Positions 50,009-61,516 of a stretch of 64,000 nt of DNA are shown here, in pieces; positions within the stretch are counted from its first letter, which is position 1, and each line of letters starts with the position of its first letter. The notes under the pieces are model-generated. The model was given only the letters and a program-made list of their open reading frames with translations. It was not told the DNA's origin and searched no databases. The DNA comes from Nitrospirota bacterium. GTDB lineage: Bacteria > Nitrospirota > UBA9217. The position numbers were made by a program, and so were the translations under genes. The DNA lies in contig CAVTRN010000002.1 of NCBI GenBank assembly GCA_963737155.1, positions 1,728,001 through 1,792,000 on the forward strand. The letters run 5' to 3'.

Positions 50009-51865
50009 ATGGCGATGTCAGGTAGGCTCGGCTCCATGCTCGTGTCGTCGGGCCTGATTTCGGATGACCAGCTCAAAAAAGCTCTCTCTGTCCAAAAGTC
50101 AGAGGGCGGCAGGCTCGGCTCCATTCTAGTTAAACTCGGATTTGTTCCGGAAGACAAGTTAATGACCTTTCTGAGCAAGCAGTATGGAGTGCCCTATGTT
50201 GACCTGAGCAAATTTGAAATAAATTCTGCAGTCATCAAACACATCCCTGCTGAAGTTGCACAGAAGTACCGTATCATGCCGATTAACCGCGCAGGCGCCA
50301 CCATCACCATAGCCATGGTAGATCCCTCGAACATTTTCGCCATCGACGACATCAAATTCATGACCGGATACAACGTTGAAGCCGTCGTGGCCACCGAAGG
50401 CGCGATCGTCGTAGCGATAAAAAAATATTATGGCGGCGCGAAAACTCTCGTGTCCCCTAAGTCGTCCGGCCCCGGCGTATCCACGGCTGTTGCATCGAGG
50501 GAAGAAAATAAACTATCTATCGACGCCAAGGACTATTCGCTCGATGACACAGAGGTAGAAACAGACTCGGTTATAGACGATATAGATGTGGGCGGTGTGG
50601 TGGATGTGGATGATTTTGACAGCCTTGTGAGTGGCGCAGTCGAAGACCTTGAAGTTGTGGAAGAGGAACATCTGGAGCAGCTTTCCGGAGAAGTTGAAGC
50701 GCCGATCGTGAAGCTTGTAAACGGTGTATTGCTGCGTGCCGCAAAAATGGGCGTGAGCGATATCCATATAGAGCCCTACGAAAGGAAATTCCGGATCCGT
50801 TACCGGCTTGACGGTGCCCTCTACACGGTGATGGGGATTCCTTTGAAGATCAAGAACGCCATCATCTCAAGGGTCAAAATCATGTCAAACCTGGACATCG
50901 CCGAGCGGCGGCTTCCCCAAGACGGAAGAATCAAGCTGAAAATGGGGAAGACTAAAACCATGGACTACCGCGTGTCGGTGATTCCCACCCTTTTCGGCGA
51001 GAAAATCGTTCTTCGCCTTCTCGACAAGTCGACCCTTCAACTCGATATGACGAAGCTGGGATTCGATGAAGACCAGCTCGCGGATTTCAAAGAAGCGCTT
51101 GACCGACCATTCGGGATGGTGCTTGTTACGGGTCCGACAGGAAGCGGAAAAACAACCACGCTGTATTCTGCCCTGAGCGAGCTCAACAAGGAAGATGTTA
51201 ACCTGATGACTGCTGAAGACCCGGTCGAATTCAATCTGATGGGAATTAATCAGATACAGATGAAGGATGAAATCGGGCTGAATTTTGCTGCCGCTCTTCG
51301 GTCATTCCTCAGGCAGGACCCGGACATCATAATGGTGGGTGAGATCCGTGATTATGAAACAGCCGAAATCGGTGTGAAGGCGGCGCTTACCGGACATCTC
51401 GTCCTCTCCACAATTCACACGAACGATGCTCCCAGCACCATTAACCGATTGCTGAATATGGGTGTGGAACCGTTCCTGGTATCCTCCTCGGTCATTCTCA
51501 TCCTCGCCCAGAGACTGGTGCGCAAGACCTGTCAGAATTGCAAAAAACAGGAAAAGTTCCCAGCGCAGACATTCATAGAGGCTGGTTTCAGCGAGGAAGA
51601 AGCAAATTCGGTCACCAGTTATAAAGGTGAGGGATGCGAAGTGTGCAATAAGACAGGCTACAAAGGCAGGGTCGCGCTCTATGAGGTTATGCCGATCAAG
51701 GACGAGATCAAGGAATTGATTCTGCAGGGAGCGTCCGTGATGGACATTAAAAAACAGGCGGTCTCCCTCGGCATGAGAACACTGAGGAGAAGCGGACTGC
51801 TGAAAGTGAAGGCGGGATTAACGTCGCTTGAAGAAGTCGTTGAGAACACGTTCCCCGATAATTAG
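50009..51865 (+). CDS. pilB: Type IV-A pilus assembly ATPase
   Basis: MshEN-like RLGSMLV..RLGSILVKLG, SDIHIEP, PQDGRI, GPTGSGKTTT, tetracysteine motif. Confidence 0.96.
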   Translation: MAMSGRLGSMLVSSGLISDDQLKKALSVQKSEGGRLGSILVKLGFVPEDKLMTFLSKQYGVPYVDLSKFEINSAVIKHIPAEVAQKYRIMPINRAGATITIAMVDPSNIFAIDDIKFMTGYNVEAVVATEGAIVVAIKKYYGGAKTLVSPKSSGPGVSTAVASREENKLSIDAKDYSLDDTEVETDSVIDDIDVGGVVDVDDFDSLVSGAVEDLEVVEEEHLEQLSGEVEAPIVKLVNGVLLRAAKMGVSDIHIEPYERKFRIRYRLDGALYTVMGIPLKIKNAIISRVKIMSNLDIAERRLPQDGRIKLKMGKTKTMDYRVSVIPTLFGEKIVLRLLDKSTLQLDMTKLGFDEDQLADFKEALDRPFGMVLVTGPTGSGKTTTLYSALSELNKEDVNLMTAEDPVEFNLMGINQIQMKDEIGLNFAAALRSFLRQDPDIIMVGEIRDYETAEIGVKAALTGHLVLSTIHTNDAPSTINRLLNMGVEPFLVSSSVILILAQRLVRKTCQNCKKQEKFPAQTFIEAGFSEEEANSVTSYKGEGCEVCNKTGYKGRVALYEVMPIKDEIKELILQGASVMDIKKQAVSLGMRTLRRSGLLKVKAGLTSLEEVVENTFPDN

Positions 51866-51903
51866 TTGCGTCCCTATTTTTGTTAAGAATGAGGTGTCTT
51901 CCA

Positions 51904-53007
51904 ATGGCGAACCTGCATGACCTCCTGAAATACATGATCGAAAAGGGCGCGTCGGACCTTCATATTACTACGGGAATTGCTCCCGCCATCCGCATTGATG
52001 GAAAAATGAAGTCGATCCCAGGACTTGATGCCATGAGCGCGACGCAGACCAAGGACCTTTGTTACAGCATTCTGACGGACGCCCAGAAAAATAAATTTGA
52101 GGAAAACAGCGAACTCGATCTCTCCTTTGGTGTCAAGAATCTTTCCCGTTTCCGTGCCAATATATTTGTCCAGCGCGGAGCAGTGGCCGCTGCAATCAGA
52201 ACCATCCCCTATAAAATAAAAACGTTTCAGGAACTCGGTCTTCCGGAAGTTGTTTCAGACTTGTGCAAGAAACCGAGGGGACTGATCCTGGTCACCGGAC
52301 CGACCGGCAGCGGCAAGTCCACGACGCTTGCTTCGATGATAGACAAGATCAACAATGAACGGCAGGAACATATTATCACGATCGAGGACCCAATTGAATA
52401 CCTCCATTCGCATAAAAAATGCCTGATCAACCAGCGCGAGGTAAATGCCGATACAAAGTCTTTCAAGGATGCCCTGAAATATATTCTTCGACAAGATCCC
52501 GATGTGGTGCTTGTGGGCGAAATGCGTGATTTGGAAACAATCGAAGCGGCGTTGACCATCGCCGAAACAGGCCATTTGACATTTGCGACGCTGCACACGA
52601 ACTCGTCTGTCCAGACCGTCAACCGTATCATCGACGTTTTCCCGCCGTACCAGCAGTCGCAGGTAAGAGCCCAGCTTTCCTTCGTCCTGGAAGGAGTACT
52701 GTCTCAGCAACTTATCCCGAAAGTAGGCGGGGGCAGGGTCCTTGCCCTGGAAGTCATGATCCCGAATGCCGCTATCCGTAATCTTATTCGGGAGGATAAA
52801 GTCCACCAGCTATATTCCGTCATGCAGACGGGTCAATCCAAATATGGCATGCAAACATTGAATCAAGGTCTCTACGAGTTGTATATCAAGAAAATTATTT
52901 CCTACGAAGACTGCATGGGGCGGTCTTCAAACTCGGAGGAGCTCATGCAGATGCTCGGGCGTTCAGGCCTGTCAGCAACGCATCCTGCTCAAAAAGATTA
53001 CCGATAA
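51904..53007 (+). CDS. pilT: Type IV pilus retraction ATPase
   Basis: ASDLHIT, GPTGSGKSTT, AETGHL, AIRNLIRE. Confidence 0.96.
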   Translation: MANLHDLLKYMIEKGASDLHITTGIAPAIRIDGKMKSIPGLDAMSATQTKDLCYSILTDAQKNKFEENSELDLSFGVKNLSRFRANIFVQRGAVAAAIRTIPYKIKTFQELGLPEVVSDLCKKPRGLILVTGPTGSGKSTTLASMIDKINNERQEHIITIEDPIEYLHSHKKCLINQREVNADTKSFKDALKYILRQDPDVVLVGEMRDLETIEAALTIAETGHLTFATLHTNSSVQTVNRIIDVFPPYQQSQVRAQLSFVLEGVLSQQLIPKVGGGRVLALEVMIPNAAIRNLIREDKVHQLYSVMQTGQSKYGMQTLNQGLYELYIKKIISYEDCMGRSSNSEELMQMLGRSGLSATHPAQKDYR

Positions 53008-53097
53008 TGCCTCAGTAAAGTTCTTGTTCCGTACGTTTTGTGATCCGGTTGCGGCATGAGAGCGAATAGATTACAGCTTTAATCCACGGGGTGAAAA

Positions 53098-54315
53098 ATG
53101 GCAACAACAATCTTTGTCTGGGAAGGAAAAACGCGGCAGGGGGTGATTCAAAAAGGTGAACTGACCGCTAACAACAAGGAAGAGGTAATCACCCTGCTTC
53201 GCAAGCAGAATATTCTTCCGATTGCGGTAAATACGAAACCAAGGGAAATTAAAATCAAGTTCGGTCAGCCGAAAGTAACTGATAAAGACATTGTTATCCT
53301 TACCCGCCAACTGGCTACGATGATTGACGCCGGCCTTCCCCTCGTGCAATGTCTTGATATTCTCGAAAACCAGACGGAAAGCAAAACGCTGGCGACCGTA
53401 GTTACACAGGTCCGTAGCGATGTCGAGAGCGGCGCAACGTTTGCCGATGCGCTTAAAAAACATCCGAAAATTTTCGATAATCTTTATGTGAACATGGTCG
53501 CCGCGGGCGAAGCCGGCGGTATTCTAGACACTATCCTTCAGAGACTCGCCACGTATATGGAAAAATTCGCCAAAATTAAAAAACAGATTAAATCGGCCAT
53601 GATTTATCCCTCGGTGATCCTCGCCGTCGCGGTTTCCGTGGTGGTACTCCTGATGATCGTCGTTGTTCCCATGCTGGCGAACATGTTCGCAGAAATGGGA
53701 CAGGCGCTGCCCTTGCCGACCCGCATTGTGATTGCAATCAGCAACTTTTTGAAAGGCTGGGGAGGGCTCGGTCTTCTCGTCGGGATTATCAGCGTATTTG
53801 TGGGATTGAACCGATTTAGAAAAACGGAAAAGGGTCTAAGAATGACTGACGGCATCGCGCTGCAAATACCCATAGTGGGCTCTCTGATCCAGCGTGTCTC
53901 GGTGGCGAAATTCACCAGAACGCTGGGGACTTTGATGACCAGCGGCGTTCCGATCCTGGAAGGACTGCTGATTGTTTCACGCACAGCGGGGAACAAGGTC
54001 GTGGAGGAATCCATTATGGATACGCGTCAGAGCGTCAGTGATGGGAAAACCCTCGCCGAACCGTTGTCAAAAGCGAAGGTTTTCCCCGCAATGGTCGTAC
54101 AGATGATATCCGTTGGAGAAGCCACTGGAGCTTTGGACAATATGCTGAACAAGATCGCCGATTTTTACGACGATGAAGTGGATTCCGCGGTGGCGACTCT
54201 GACCTCGATGCTGGAGCCGATACTCATGATTTTTCTTGGTGTCACGGTAGGCTTTGTGATTGTGGCAATGTACATGCCCATATTCCAGATGGGGTCCGTA
54301 GTAGGCGGCAAGTAA
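53098..54315 (+). CDS. pilC: Type IV pilus platform protein
   Basis: TRQLATMIDAGLPL, AGEAGGILD, AMIYP, GEATGALD. Confidence 0.95.
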   Translation: MATTIFVWEGKTRQGVIQKGELTANNKEEVITLLRKQNILPIAVNTKPREIKIKFGQPKVTDKDIVILTRQLATMIDAGLPLVQCLDILENQTESKTLATVVTQVRSDVESGATFADALKKHPKIFDNLYVNMVAAGEAGGILDTILQRLATYMEKFAKIKKQIKSAMIYPSVILAVAVSVVVLLMIVVVPMLANMFAEMGQALPLPTRIVIAISNFLKGWGGLGLLVGIISVFVGLNRFRKTEKGLRMTDGIALQIPIVGSLIQRVSVAKFTRTLGTLMTSGVPILEGLLIVSRTAGNKVVEESIMDTRQSVSDGKTLAEPLSKAKVFPAMVVQMISVGEATGALDNMLNKIADFYDDEVDSAVATLTSMLEPILMIFLGVTVGFVIVAMYMPIFQMGSVVGGK

Positions 54316-54321
54316 CGGCAC

Positions 54322-56031
54322 GTGAAACAGACGTTTTTAAGAAAAGAATACTCCTCGCGCATATCAAAGCTCATTTGGAGCAGGATGGTTCTCACGACAT
54401 TTCTTGTGGGAACCCTTCTTTTTTTTCAGCGGCAGTATAAAATATTTTCTTTTCATGCCGCCGTATTGTATGATATTTTATTTTTAACATACATACTGAC
54501 AGCTCTTTACCAGTACCTGCTGAGAAAATTAAAAGATCTCTATTTTCTTGCATACCTTCAAGTTTTCGTCGATATACTTCTTATCACATTCCTTGTACAT
54601 CTAACCGGCGGGATCGACAGCGGTTTTTCGATTCTCTATCATCTGTCAATCATTTCAGCCAGCATTATCTTGTATCGTCGGGGTGGATATCTGGCAGCCT
54701 CTCTCTCCAGCATCTTGTATGGATCCATGCTGGATATGCAGTACTATAACGTGCTGCATTTTGTACGAAGCCAAAACTACACTGCCGGCCAGGTGTTTTA
54801 TCAGGTCATCATCAGCATCCTCTCTTTTTATATGGTAGCACTGCTGACCAGTTATCTCTCGGAACGTCTTCGCTCCACACGGCAGGAGCTGCAGGAAAAA
54901 AGTATTGATTTCGAGGACCTCCGGGTCATGCAGGAACATATTTTGAAAAGCGTCGGGAGCGGAATCCTAACTGTGGATTTAAAAGGGAGTATCACTTCAT
55001 GGAATCCTGCGGCGGAGCATATGACCGGGTACAGCTATGAAGAGATTAAAAAGCGCTGGCAGGAAATATTCGGGAATAGCATTAACGAACTCTTTGGCCA
55101 AACTGATTCGCTTAAAGAACGTCCATACCGGTTTAAAAGCCAAATTATAAAAAAAGACAGCTCAACAGCTCTCCTGGGAATGACTGCATCACTACTCAGG
55201 GATGATACAAATTTCGTTCATGGCATAATTCTTACGTTTCAGGATATTACAAAACTGGTTGAGATGGAGGAGCAGATGAGACGTCAGGAGCGGCTGGCAA
55301 CTGTTGGCAGTCTTGCAGCGGGAATAGCTCATGAAATTCGAAATCCCCTCGCATCGGTCAGTGGGTCCATCCAGCTGCTTCAAAAGGACCTGAAGCTCGA
55401 CGGCGACGAGAAACGTCTAATGGATATTGTTGTCACGGAGACTGACCGTCTCAACACGATTATTACCGATTTTCTCGAATATGCCCGGCCGAAAGTGGGA
55501 CATGAGGATCATATTGCATTGGGACCGTTGCTGGATGAAACGATTATGCTGCTTAAAAACAGCAAAAACTTCAACCAGCATGTCAAGATTGCCTGCGAGA
55601 TAGACAGTCATGTCATGATTAAAGGGGATGCTCAGCGTATACGGCAGGTTTTCTGGAATCTGCTCATAAATGCTTGCCAATCCATGCCGGATGGAGGATT
55701 GATAACCATTTCCGCTTCACCTTCGTTTGGAGAGGACGACTCCAAAATGTGTGAAATCGTTCTTACAGATACCGGTCAGGGAATAGCTCATGAGTTTCTG
55801 GAAAAAATATTTGACCCATTTTTTACGACAAAAAACCAGGGAATCGGACTCGGACTTGCTATCGCGAACCGTATTATCTATGACCACAAGGGGACTATTT
55901 CCGTGGAAAGCGAAGAGGGCAAAGGGACACGATTCATAATCAAGCTTCCCCTCGGTCGGGACTCGGACAATGCAAAACAACCCGATAGAAATACAGCATC
56001 CGCTGATACCGGAAAGGGAAGACACTTATGA
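54322..56031 (+). CDS. pilS: Sensor histidine kinase PilS
   Basis: Multi-TM N-terminus, PAS domain, AHEIRNPL, HATPase; between pilC and pilR. Confidence 0.88.
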   Translation: MKQTFLRKEYSSRISKLIWSRMVLTTFLVGTLLFFQRQYKIFSFHAAVLYDILFLTYILTALYQYLLRKLKDLYFLAYLQVFVDILLITFLVHLTGGIDSGFSILYHLSIISASIILYRRGGYLAASLSSILYGSMLDMQYYNVLHFVRSQNYTAGQVFYQVIISILSFYMVALLTSYLSERLRSTRQELQEKSIDFEDLRVMQEHILKSVGSGILTVDLKGSITSWNPAAEHMTGYSYEEIKKRWQEIFGNSINELFGQTDSLKERPYRFKSQIIKKDSSTALLGMTASLLRDDTNFVHGIILTFQDITKLVEMEEQMRRQERLATVGSLAAGIAHEIRNPLASVSGSIQLLQKDLKLDGDEKRLMDIVVTETDRLNTIITDFLEYARPKVGHEDHIALGPLLDETIMLLKNSKNFNQHVKIACEIDSHVMIKGDAQRIRQVFWNLLINACQSMPDGGLITISASPSFGEDDSKMCEIVLTDTGQGIAHEFLEKIFDPFFTTKNQGIGLGLAIANRIIYDHKGTISVESEEGKGTRFIIKLPLGRDSDNAKQPDRNTASADTGKGRHL

Positions 56032-57401
56032 GTAAAGTTCTCATCGTTGACGATGAACAGAGTCTAAGGGACTTTCTTGCGATCCTGCTCAAAAAAGAAG
56101 GCCATGACGTCGTCACGGCAAATAACGGCACGGACGCACTGAAAGCCGTACATGCTGAGATATTTGACCTTGTTATCAGCGACATGAAGATGCCGGGGGT
56201 AGACGGCATAGGGGTGCTCAAAACGACAAAGGAAATATCTCCTGAAACCGTTGTCATCATGGTTACCGCGTTTGCGACCGCAGAAACCGCTGTCGAGGCA
56301 ATGAAACTCGGTGCGTCGGATTATATTATCAAACCCTTTAAAGTTGATGAGCTTAAATTGATCATCAACAATTCACTCGAAAAACGTTATCTGCGAAAAG
56401 AGAATATCCTTCTTAAACGCGAAATTGAATCACGCGTAGGTTTTGAAAATTTCATTGGAAAAAGCGGGCCGATGCAGAAAATATTCACACTCATCCGGCA
56501 GGTGTCTCAAGCAAACAGCACCGTCCTGATCACCGGGGAAAGTGGAACCGGCAAGGAACTCGTTGCGAGAGCGATTTATTACAACAGCGCAAGGAAAAAC
56601 GGACCTTTTGTCACCGTCAACTGCGGGGCATTACCCGAAACATTGCTGGAAAGCGAACTGTTTGGGTATATGAAAGGAGCTTTTACCGGAGCATCATCCA
56701 ATAAACAGGGGCTTTTCGAAGCTGCCGACGGTGGAACTATTTTCCTTGACGAGATCAGCGCTACGACGCCCGCGCTGCAGATAAAGCTGCTACGCGTTCT
56801 CCAGGAACGGGAATTTATGCGGGTCGGCGGAACAGCCGGGATAAAGGTAGATGTACATGTCATAGCTGCCAGCAACAGGGATTTGCGTGAGGAAGTTGCC
56901 AAAGGGGCGTTCCGGGAAGACCTTTATTACCGGCTGAATGTGATTCCCATCCATCTTCCGCCGCTTAGGGAACGCAAAGAAGATATACCGCATCTCGTCG
57001 AATATTTCCTGAGGAAAACGATCGGCAAGGGAGCCGACCCATCGGTAGTAAAAAAGATTCATCCTGATGTAATGAAAGCTTTTATGAATTACTCGTGGCC
57101 GGGCAATGTGCGGGAACTAGAAAATATGATTGAACGCCTTGTCATAATTTCTACAGAGGACATAATCCGGTTCGAGCAATTACCGGAAGCATTCACGAAC
57201 AGACAGCCCTGCTTCGATCTCGTCGCACTGGACATTCCCGAAGAGGGAGTTGATCTGGAGGCCATACTTGAAAACGCAGAAAAAACACTGCTCCGGAAAG
57301 CGCTCGAAAGGTCCGAGGGCGTAAAAACAGACGCGGCAAAATTGCTTAAGCTTTCCATCCGGTCGTTAAGACACCGTTTACAGAAGTACGAGGCACTGTG
57401 A
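56028..57401 (+). CDS. pilR: Sigma54-dependent response regulator PilR
   Basis: Receiver domain, GESGTGKE, GAFTGA, Fis-type HTH. Confidence 0.88.
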   Translation: MSKVLIVDDEQSLRDFLAILLKKEGHDVVTANNGTDALKAVHAEIFDLVISDMKMPGVDGIGVLKTTKEISPETVVIMVTAFATAETAVEAMKLGASDYIIKPFKVDELKLIINNSLEKRYLRKENILLKREIESRVGFENFIGKSGPMQKIFTLIRQVSQANSTVLITGESGTGKELVARAIYYNSARKNGPFVTVNCGALPETLLESELFGYMKGAFTGASSNKQGLFEAADGGTIFLDEISATTPALQIKLLRVLQEREFMRVGGTAGIKVDVHVIAASNRDLREEVAKGAFREDLYYRLNVIPIHLPPLRERKEDIPHLVEYFLRKTIGKGADPSVVKKIHPDVMKAFMNYSWPGNVRELENMIERLVIISTEDIIRFEQLPEAFTNRQPCFDLVALDIPEEGVDLEAILENAEKTLLRKALERSEGVKTDAAKLLKLSIRSLRHRLQKYEAL

Positions 57402-57470
57402 CGCGTCGGAGTTTTGACGTCCGAGTTTTTGATTGCAAATCCCCCCTGATTCCGCTACAATTCATACCCT

Positions 57471-58940
57471 ATGGCCTACGATTCATTAAGAGATTTCATC
57501 GCAATTCTTGAAAAAGATGGGCAGCTTGTCCGTGTCAAGGCTGAAGTTGATGCCGATCTGGAGATCGCGGAAATCACCGACCGGGTCTCCAAACAAAAGG
57601 GGACCGACAACAAAGCACTTCTCTTTGAGAACGTGAAAGGATCGTCTTTTCCTGTCCTCACCAATGCATTCGGTTCCATGCAGCGAATGTGCCGGGCCCT
57701 CGAGGTTTCCGACCTTGATGAAATCGGTCAGCGAATCAGGGAGATACTGGATCCGACAAAGCTTTTCCCGGGACCAGGCGCGGGATTGATGGACAAAATT
57801 CAGATGCTGCCTAAGCTTACAGAATTGACCGGATTTTTCCCGAAGACAGTAAAAAAGGCTGCCTGCCAGGACGTCGTACTGACAGGTGAGCAGGTTGACC
57901 TTTCCCGCATTCCCATTCTGAAATGCTGGCCCGCGGACGGAGGCCGATTCATCACCCTTCCTATGGTCTGCACGGTGGACCCTGTTACCAAAATTACGAA
58001 TGTTGGCATGTACCGGATGCAGGTATTCGACCATCAGACGACGGGGATGCACTGGCACAAACACAAGGACGGGGCACGGCATTACCAGCATTATGAAGCC
58101 GTCGGAAGACGCATGGAGGTCGCCGTTGCAATCGGTGCAGACCCGTCTATCATCTATGCCTCAACAGCTCCTCTCCCGCCGGTTATCGGTGAATATCTTT
58201 TTGCCGGGTTTCTGAGAAAGGAACCACTCGAGGTTGTTCAGTGCAAGACGATCGATGTGCGCGTTCCTGCCAGAGCAGAGTTCGTATTCGAGGGTTTCGT
58301 TGATCCGCATGAACGCAGGGTGGAAGGCCCGTTCGGTGACCATACCGGCTACTATTCCGAAGCGGACGAGTATCCCGTGTTCCATATTACGGCAATTACG
58401 CACCGAAAAAATGCCATCTATCCGGCTACCCTTGTAGGCCGCCCGCCGCAGGAAGATGCGTACCTTGGTAAGGCAACAGAGCGGATTTTCCTCCCGCTCC
58501 TTCAAATGGTCGCGCCCGACGTGATTGACATGGACATGCCCGTCGAAGGTGTATTTCACAACAACGTTATTGTGAAGATCAGAAAGCGGTTCCCGGGTCA
58601 CGGCAAAAAAGTCATCAACACAATTTGGGGGACCGGCATGCTAATGTTGTCGAAGTTTGTGGTCGTTTGCGACGAGGATGTCAATATACACGATTATTCA
58701 GAGGTGACTTGGAAGGTTATGAACCATGTAGACCCTCAGCGGGACGTGGTAATCATGGATGGGCCCCTGGATATTCTCGATCACTCTTGCCCCCAAATCG
58801 GTTTTGGCGGCAAGATGGGAATCGATGCTACCCGTAAAGGCCCGGGGGAAGGGTTCAACAGGTCCTGGCCAGATGAAATTAGGATGGATCCTGAGATTCA
58901 GAGGATCGTTGATAAACGCTGGAAGGAGTATGGGTTCTGA
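57471..58940 (+). CDS. ubiD: UbiD-family decarboxylase (menaquinone/futalosine pathway type)
   Basis: NVGMYRMQV, EGPFGDHTGYY, GRPPQED, GGKMGIDATRK. Confidence 0.88.
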   Translation: MAYDSLRDFIAILEKDGQLVRVKAEVDADLEIAEITDRVSKQKGTDNKALLFENVKGSSFPVLTNAFGSMQRMCRALEVSDLDEIGQRIREILDPTKLFPGPGAGLMDKIQMLPKLTELTGFFPKTVKKAACQDVVLTGEQVDLSRIPILKCWPADGGRFITLPMVCTVDPVTKITNVGMYRMQVFDHQTTGMHWHKHKDGARHYQHYEAVGRRMEVAVAIGADPSIIYASTAPLPPVIGEYLFAGFLRKEPLEVVQCKTIDVRVPARAEFVFEGFVDPHERRVEGPFGDHTGYYSEADEYPVFHITAITHRKNAIYPATLVGRPPQEDAYLGKATERIFLPLLQMVAPDVIDMDMPVEGVFHNNVIVKIRKRFPGHGKKVINTIWGTGMLMLSKFVVVCDEDVNIHDYSEVTWKVMNHVDPQRDVVIMDGPLDILDHSCPQIGFGGKMGIDATRKGPGEGFNRSWPDEIRMDPEIQRIVDKRWKEYGF

Positions 58941-59115
58941 AGCGCTGACTGAAGATTCAAATGCCTGATCCTTCGTTATTGTACCATGCGGAAGTAATTT
59001 TATGCAGCTTTTAAACGAATCAATATGTTGCGGACTTGCATGGGTCATAAATATTATCGGGCGCCGATAATTAATTGAGTTTTTGTGATTCCGTAACGGG
59101 AATTTCCCATCATCT

Positions 59116-60450
59116 ATGCTTCTATTCGACATCCTCGTGATTGCATCATTGATTATCGTGAACGGTTTTTTCGCGGCATCGGAGATTTCCCTCATTTCTC
59201 TCAGGAAAAGCCGGATAAGACACCTCGTAAAGAACGGAAATGCCCTGGCGAGAAGGGTGCAGCGGCTTCAGGAGGAGCCGGAGCGCTTTCTCGCCATCGT
59301 AGAGATCGGCATTACCCTCGTCGGCACTCTTGCGTCCGCGATCGGCGGTATTATCGCCGTAGTTTATCTCAAACCTACGCTGCTCTCTTTCAAGGTTGGT
59401 TTCATACAGAGAGCAGCTGGGCCTCTCTCCGTTGCCATCATCGTCGGCCTGATCACGTATTTCACGATCGTAATTGGAGAACTGGTGCCGAAATCGATTG
59501 GAATCAGGTATTCCGAGCGGATTGCCTTTTTCACTGCGAGCCCGATTGAATTTCTTTCACGGACGCTGTCTTTCATTCTCCGGATACTTGACCTTTCAAA
59601 CAATTGTGTTATGCGTCTGCTTCAGATCGAAAAAGGTCGGGAGTCGAGTTTTATCTCCGAAGACGAGGTGAAGTATCTTATCCGGGAGGGCCGTAAAAGC
59701 GGCGTTTTCGAGCCCTCCGAAGAGGATCTCATCCACAGTGTATTCCGGTTCACTGATACCATTGTAAAAGAAGTCATGGTACCACGGACAGAAATCGTTG
59801 CCATGGAGAGAGGCGCCGATATTGATGCCATTCTCCATATAATGAATGAACAGGGTTTTTCGCGATTGCCCGTATACAACGAAACCATCGACAATATCAT
59901 TGGTGTCGTTTATCTCAAGGATATTCTGGCACTCCACATGGAGAACAGGCCCGTTCAGCTAGCGAGTGTGCTCCGTAAGCCCTATATTGTGCCACCGAAT
60001 AAAAATGTGAGCGTGCTCCTGAAGGAAATGCGTGAAAAACGCATTCATCTTGCCCTCGTTGGCGACGAATATGGCGGAACAGACGGGCTTGTCACGATGG
60101 AAGACCTGATCGAGGAAATTGTAGGTGATATCCGTGACGAGCAGGAAAAAGAACTGCGTGAAATACACGAAATCGCCGCCAATCGCTATGTCATTGATGG
60201 GGGAACAGATATCGGAAAAGTAAACGAAAAACTTGGCGTTAAGTTTCCGGAGGATGAATTTGAGACCTTGGGGGGATTCGTTCTAGGGTTGTTCGGTCGG
60301 TTACCTGCGGAAGGTGATCAGGTCAAGTACGAGAATGTGATGTTTACCGTTCTCCGACTTCGACGTAACCGAATTTCTCGCATTAGGTTGCTGAAATATG
60401 TCCCTGAGAATAATGAGAGAGGTGAAGATGAAAACGCAGCTGGTGCTTGA
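59116..60450 (+). CDS. Hemolysin-family CNNM/CBS/CorC transporter-associated protein
   Basis: [21 protein letters not shown] pair, DEYGGT.GLVT.EDL.EEIVG, CorC C-terminal domain. Confidence 0.92.
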   Translation: MLLFDILVIASLIIVNGFFAASEISLISLRKSRIRHLVKNGNALARRVQRLQEEPERFLAIVEIGITLVGTLASAIGGIIAVVYLKPTLLSFKVGFIQRAAGPLSVAIIVGLITYFTIVIGELVPKSIGIRYSERIAFFTASPIEFLSRTLSFILRILDLSNNCVMRLLQIEKGRESSFISEDEVKYLIREGRKSGVFEPSEEDLIHSVFRFTDTIVKEVMVPRTEIVAMERGADIDAILHIMNEQGFSRLPVYNETIDNIIGVVYLKDILALHMENRPVQLASVLRKPYIVPPNKNVSVLLKEMREKRIHLALVGDEYGGTDGLVTMEDLIEEIVGDIRDEQEKELREIHEIAANRYVIDGGTDIGKVNEKLGVKFPEDEFETLGGFVLGLFGRLPAEGDQVKYENVMFTVLRLRRNRISRIRLLKYVPENNERGEDENAAGA

Positions 60451-61312
60451 AACGAATCTGGAAGGGTTGAATCCACCCCGGCGGGGGAAAGTGAGAGACA
60501 TTTATGATCTCGGCGAGGAACTGCTTATTATAGCGTCAGACAGGATATCGGCGTTTGATGTCGTGTTGCCGAATGCCGTTCCGGAAAAAGGCAGGGTGCT
60601 GACGCAGATTTCGAAATACTGGTTTGCAAAGACCGAAGCTATTGTGCCGAATCATCTGATTACGACTGACGTCACGCAGTATCCTGCCGAATGCCGTCGA
60701 CATGCGGCAATACTCGAGGGCAGGAGCATGCTTGTAAAAAAATCACACCCCCTTTCCGTTGAATGCATTGTCCGTGGGTATCTGAGCGGATCAGGACTTA
60801 AGGAATACAAGACAACGGGTTCGGTCAGCGGCATTAAACTCCCCGGAGGTCTCATGGAAGCATCCCGCCTGCCGGAGCCGATTTTCACGCCCTCGACAAA
60901 AGCTGAGGTTGGCGAACATGATGAAAATATCGATTTCAAAAAGGTCGCTAACCTCGTTGGGCAGGATGTTGCCGACAAAATAAAGGCCTACGCCCTAGCC
61001 ATCTATAAAAAAGCTTGCGATATTGCTGAACCCAAGGGAATCATCATAGCGGACACGAAGCTTGAGTTCGGCATCCATGACGGCCAAGTCATTCTGATCG
61101 ATGAAGTTCTCACGCCGGATTCGTCAAGATTCTGGCCGCAGAATGGATATCGGGTGGGCGTTGCTCAGAAAAGTTTTGATAAACAATTCGTTAGAGACTA
61201 CCTTCTTTCGATCCCCTGGAACCAGAAACCGCCGGCTCCGGTCCTTCCCAATGAAGTGGTCATGAAAACGAGCGATAAGTATCTTGAAGTGCTCAGGATG
61301 CTGACTGGCTAG
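60428..61312 (+). CDS. purC: SAICAR synthase
   Basis: [50 protein letters not shown]. Confidence 0.96.
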   Translation: MKTQLVLETNLEGLNPPRRGKVRDIYDLGEELLIIASDRISAFDVVLPNAVPEKGRVLTQISKYWFAKTEAIVPNHLITTDVTQYPAECRRHAAILEGRSMLVKKSHPLSVECIVRGYLSGSGLKEYKTTGSVSGIKLPGGLMEASRLPEPIFTPSTKAEVGEHDENIDFKKVANLVGQDVADKIKAYALAIYKKACDIAEPKGIIIADTKLEFGIHDGQVILIDEVLTPDSSRFWPQNGYRVGVAQKSFDKQFVRDYLLSIPWNQKPPAPVLPNEVVMKTSDKYLEVLRMLTG

Positions 61313-61321
61313 TGTTTGTTC

Positions 61322-61351
61322 TTGACATAACTTGCAGCGAATACGTATAAT
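61322..61351 (+). promoter_or_regulatory. Consensus sigma70 promoter
   Basis: TTGACA-N18-TATAAT. Confidence 0.8.
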
Positions 61352-61356
61352 CCGCA

Positions 61357-61516
61357 TTTGGGACTACTCATAGGAGAATATTGCCAAGCGGTTAACCTGG
61401 CGCGGTCACGCGGGCAAAACAGAATAAAATAAATCAGTTAAACCTTGTTTGGCGTGTCCTGGCTTCATCGGGCCCCCCTGGTTTCATGATTTTGCGTTTA
61501 CCCAAGTAGTGCCAGA
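61357..61516 (+). ncRNA. Structured RNA or 5' leader candidate upstream of lysS
   Basis: Starts at the predicted TSS; ends pair (TGG.ACTACT/AGTAGT.CCA); long internal stem GCCAAGC/GTTTGGC, GGTT/AACC, CTG/CAG. Confidence 0.5.
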
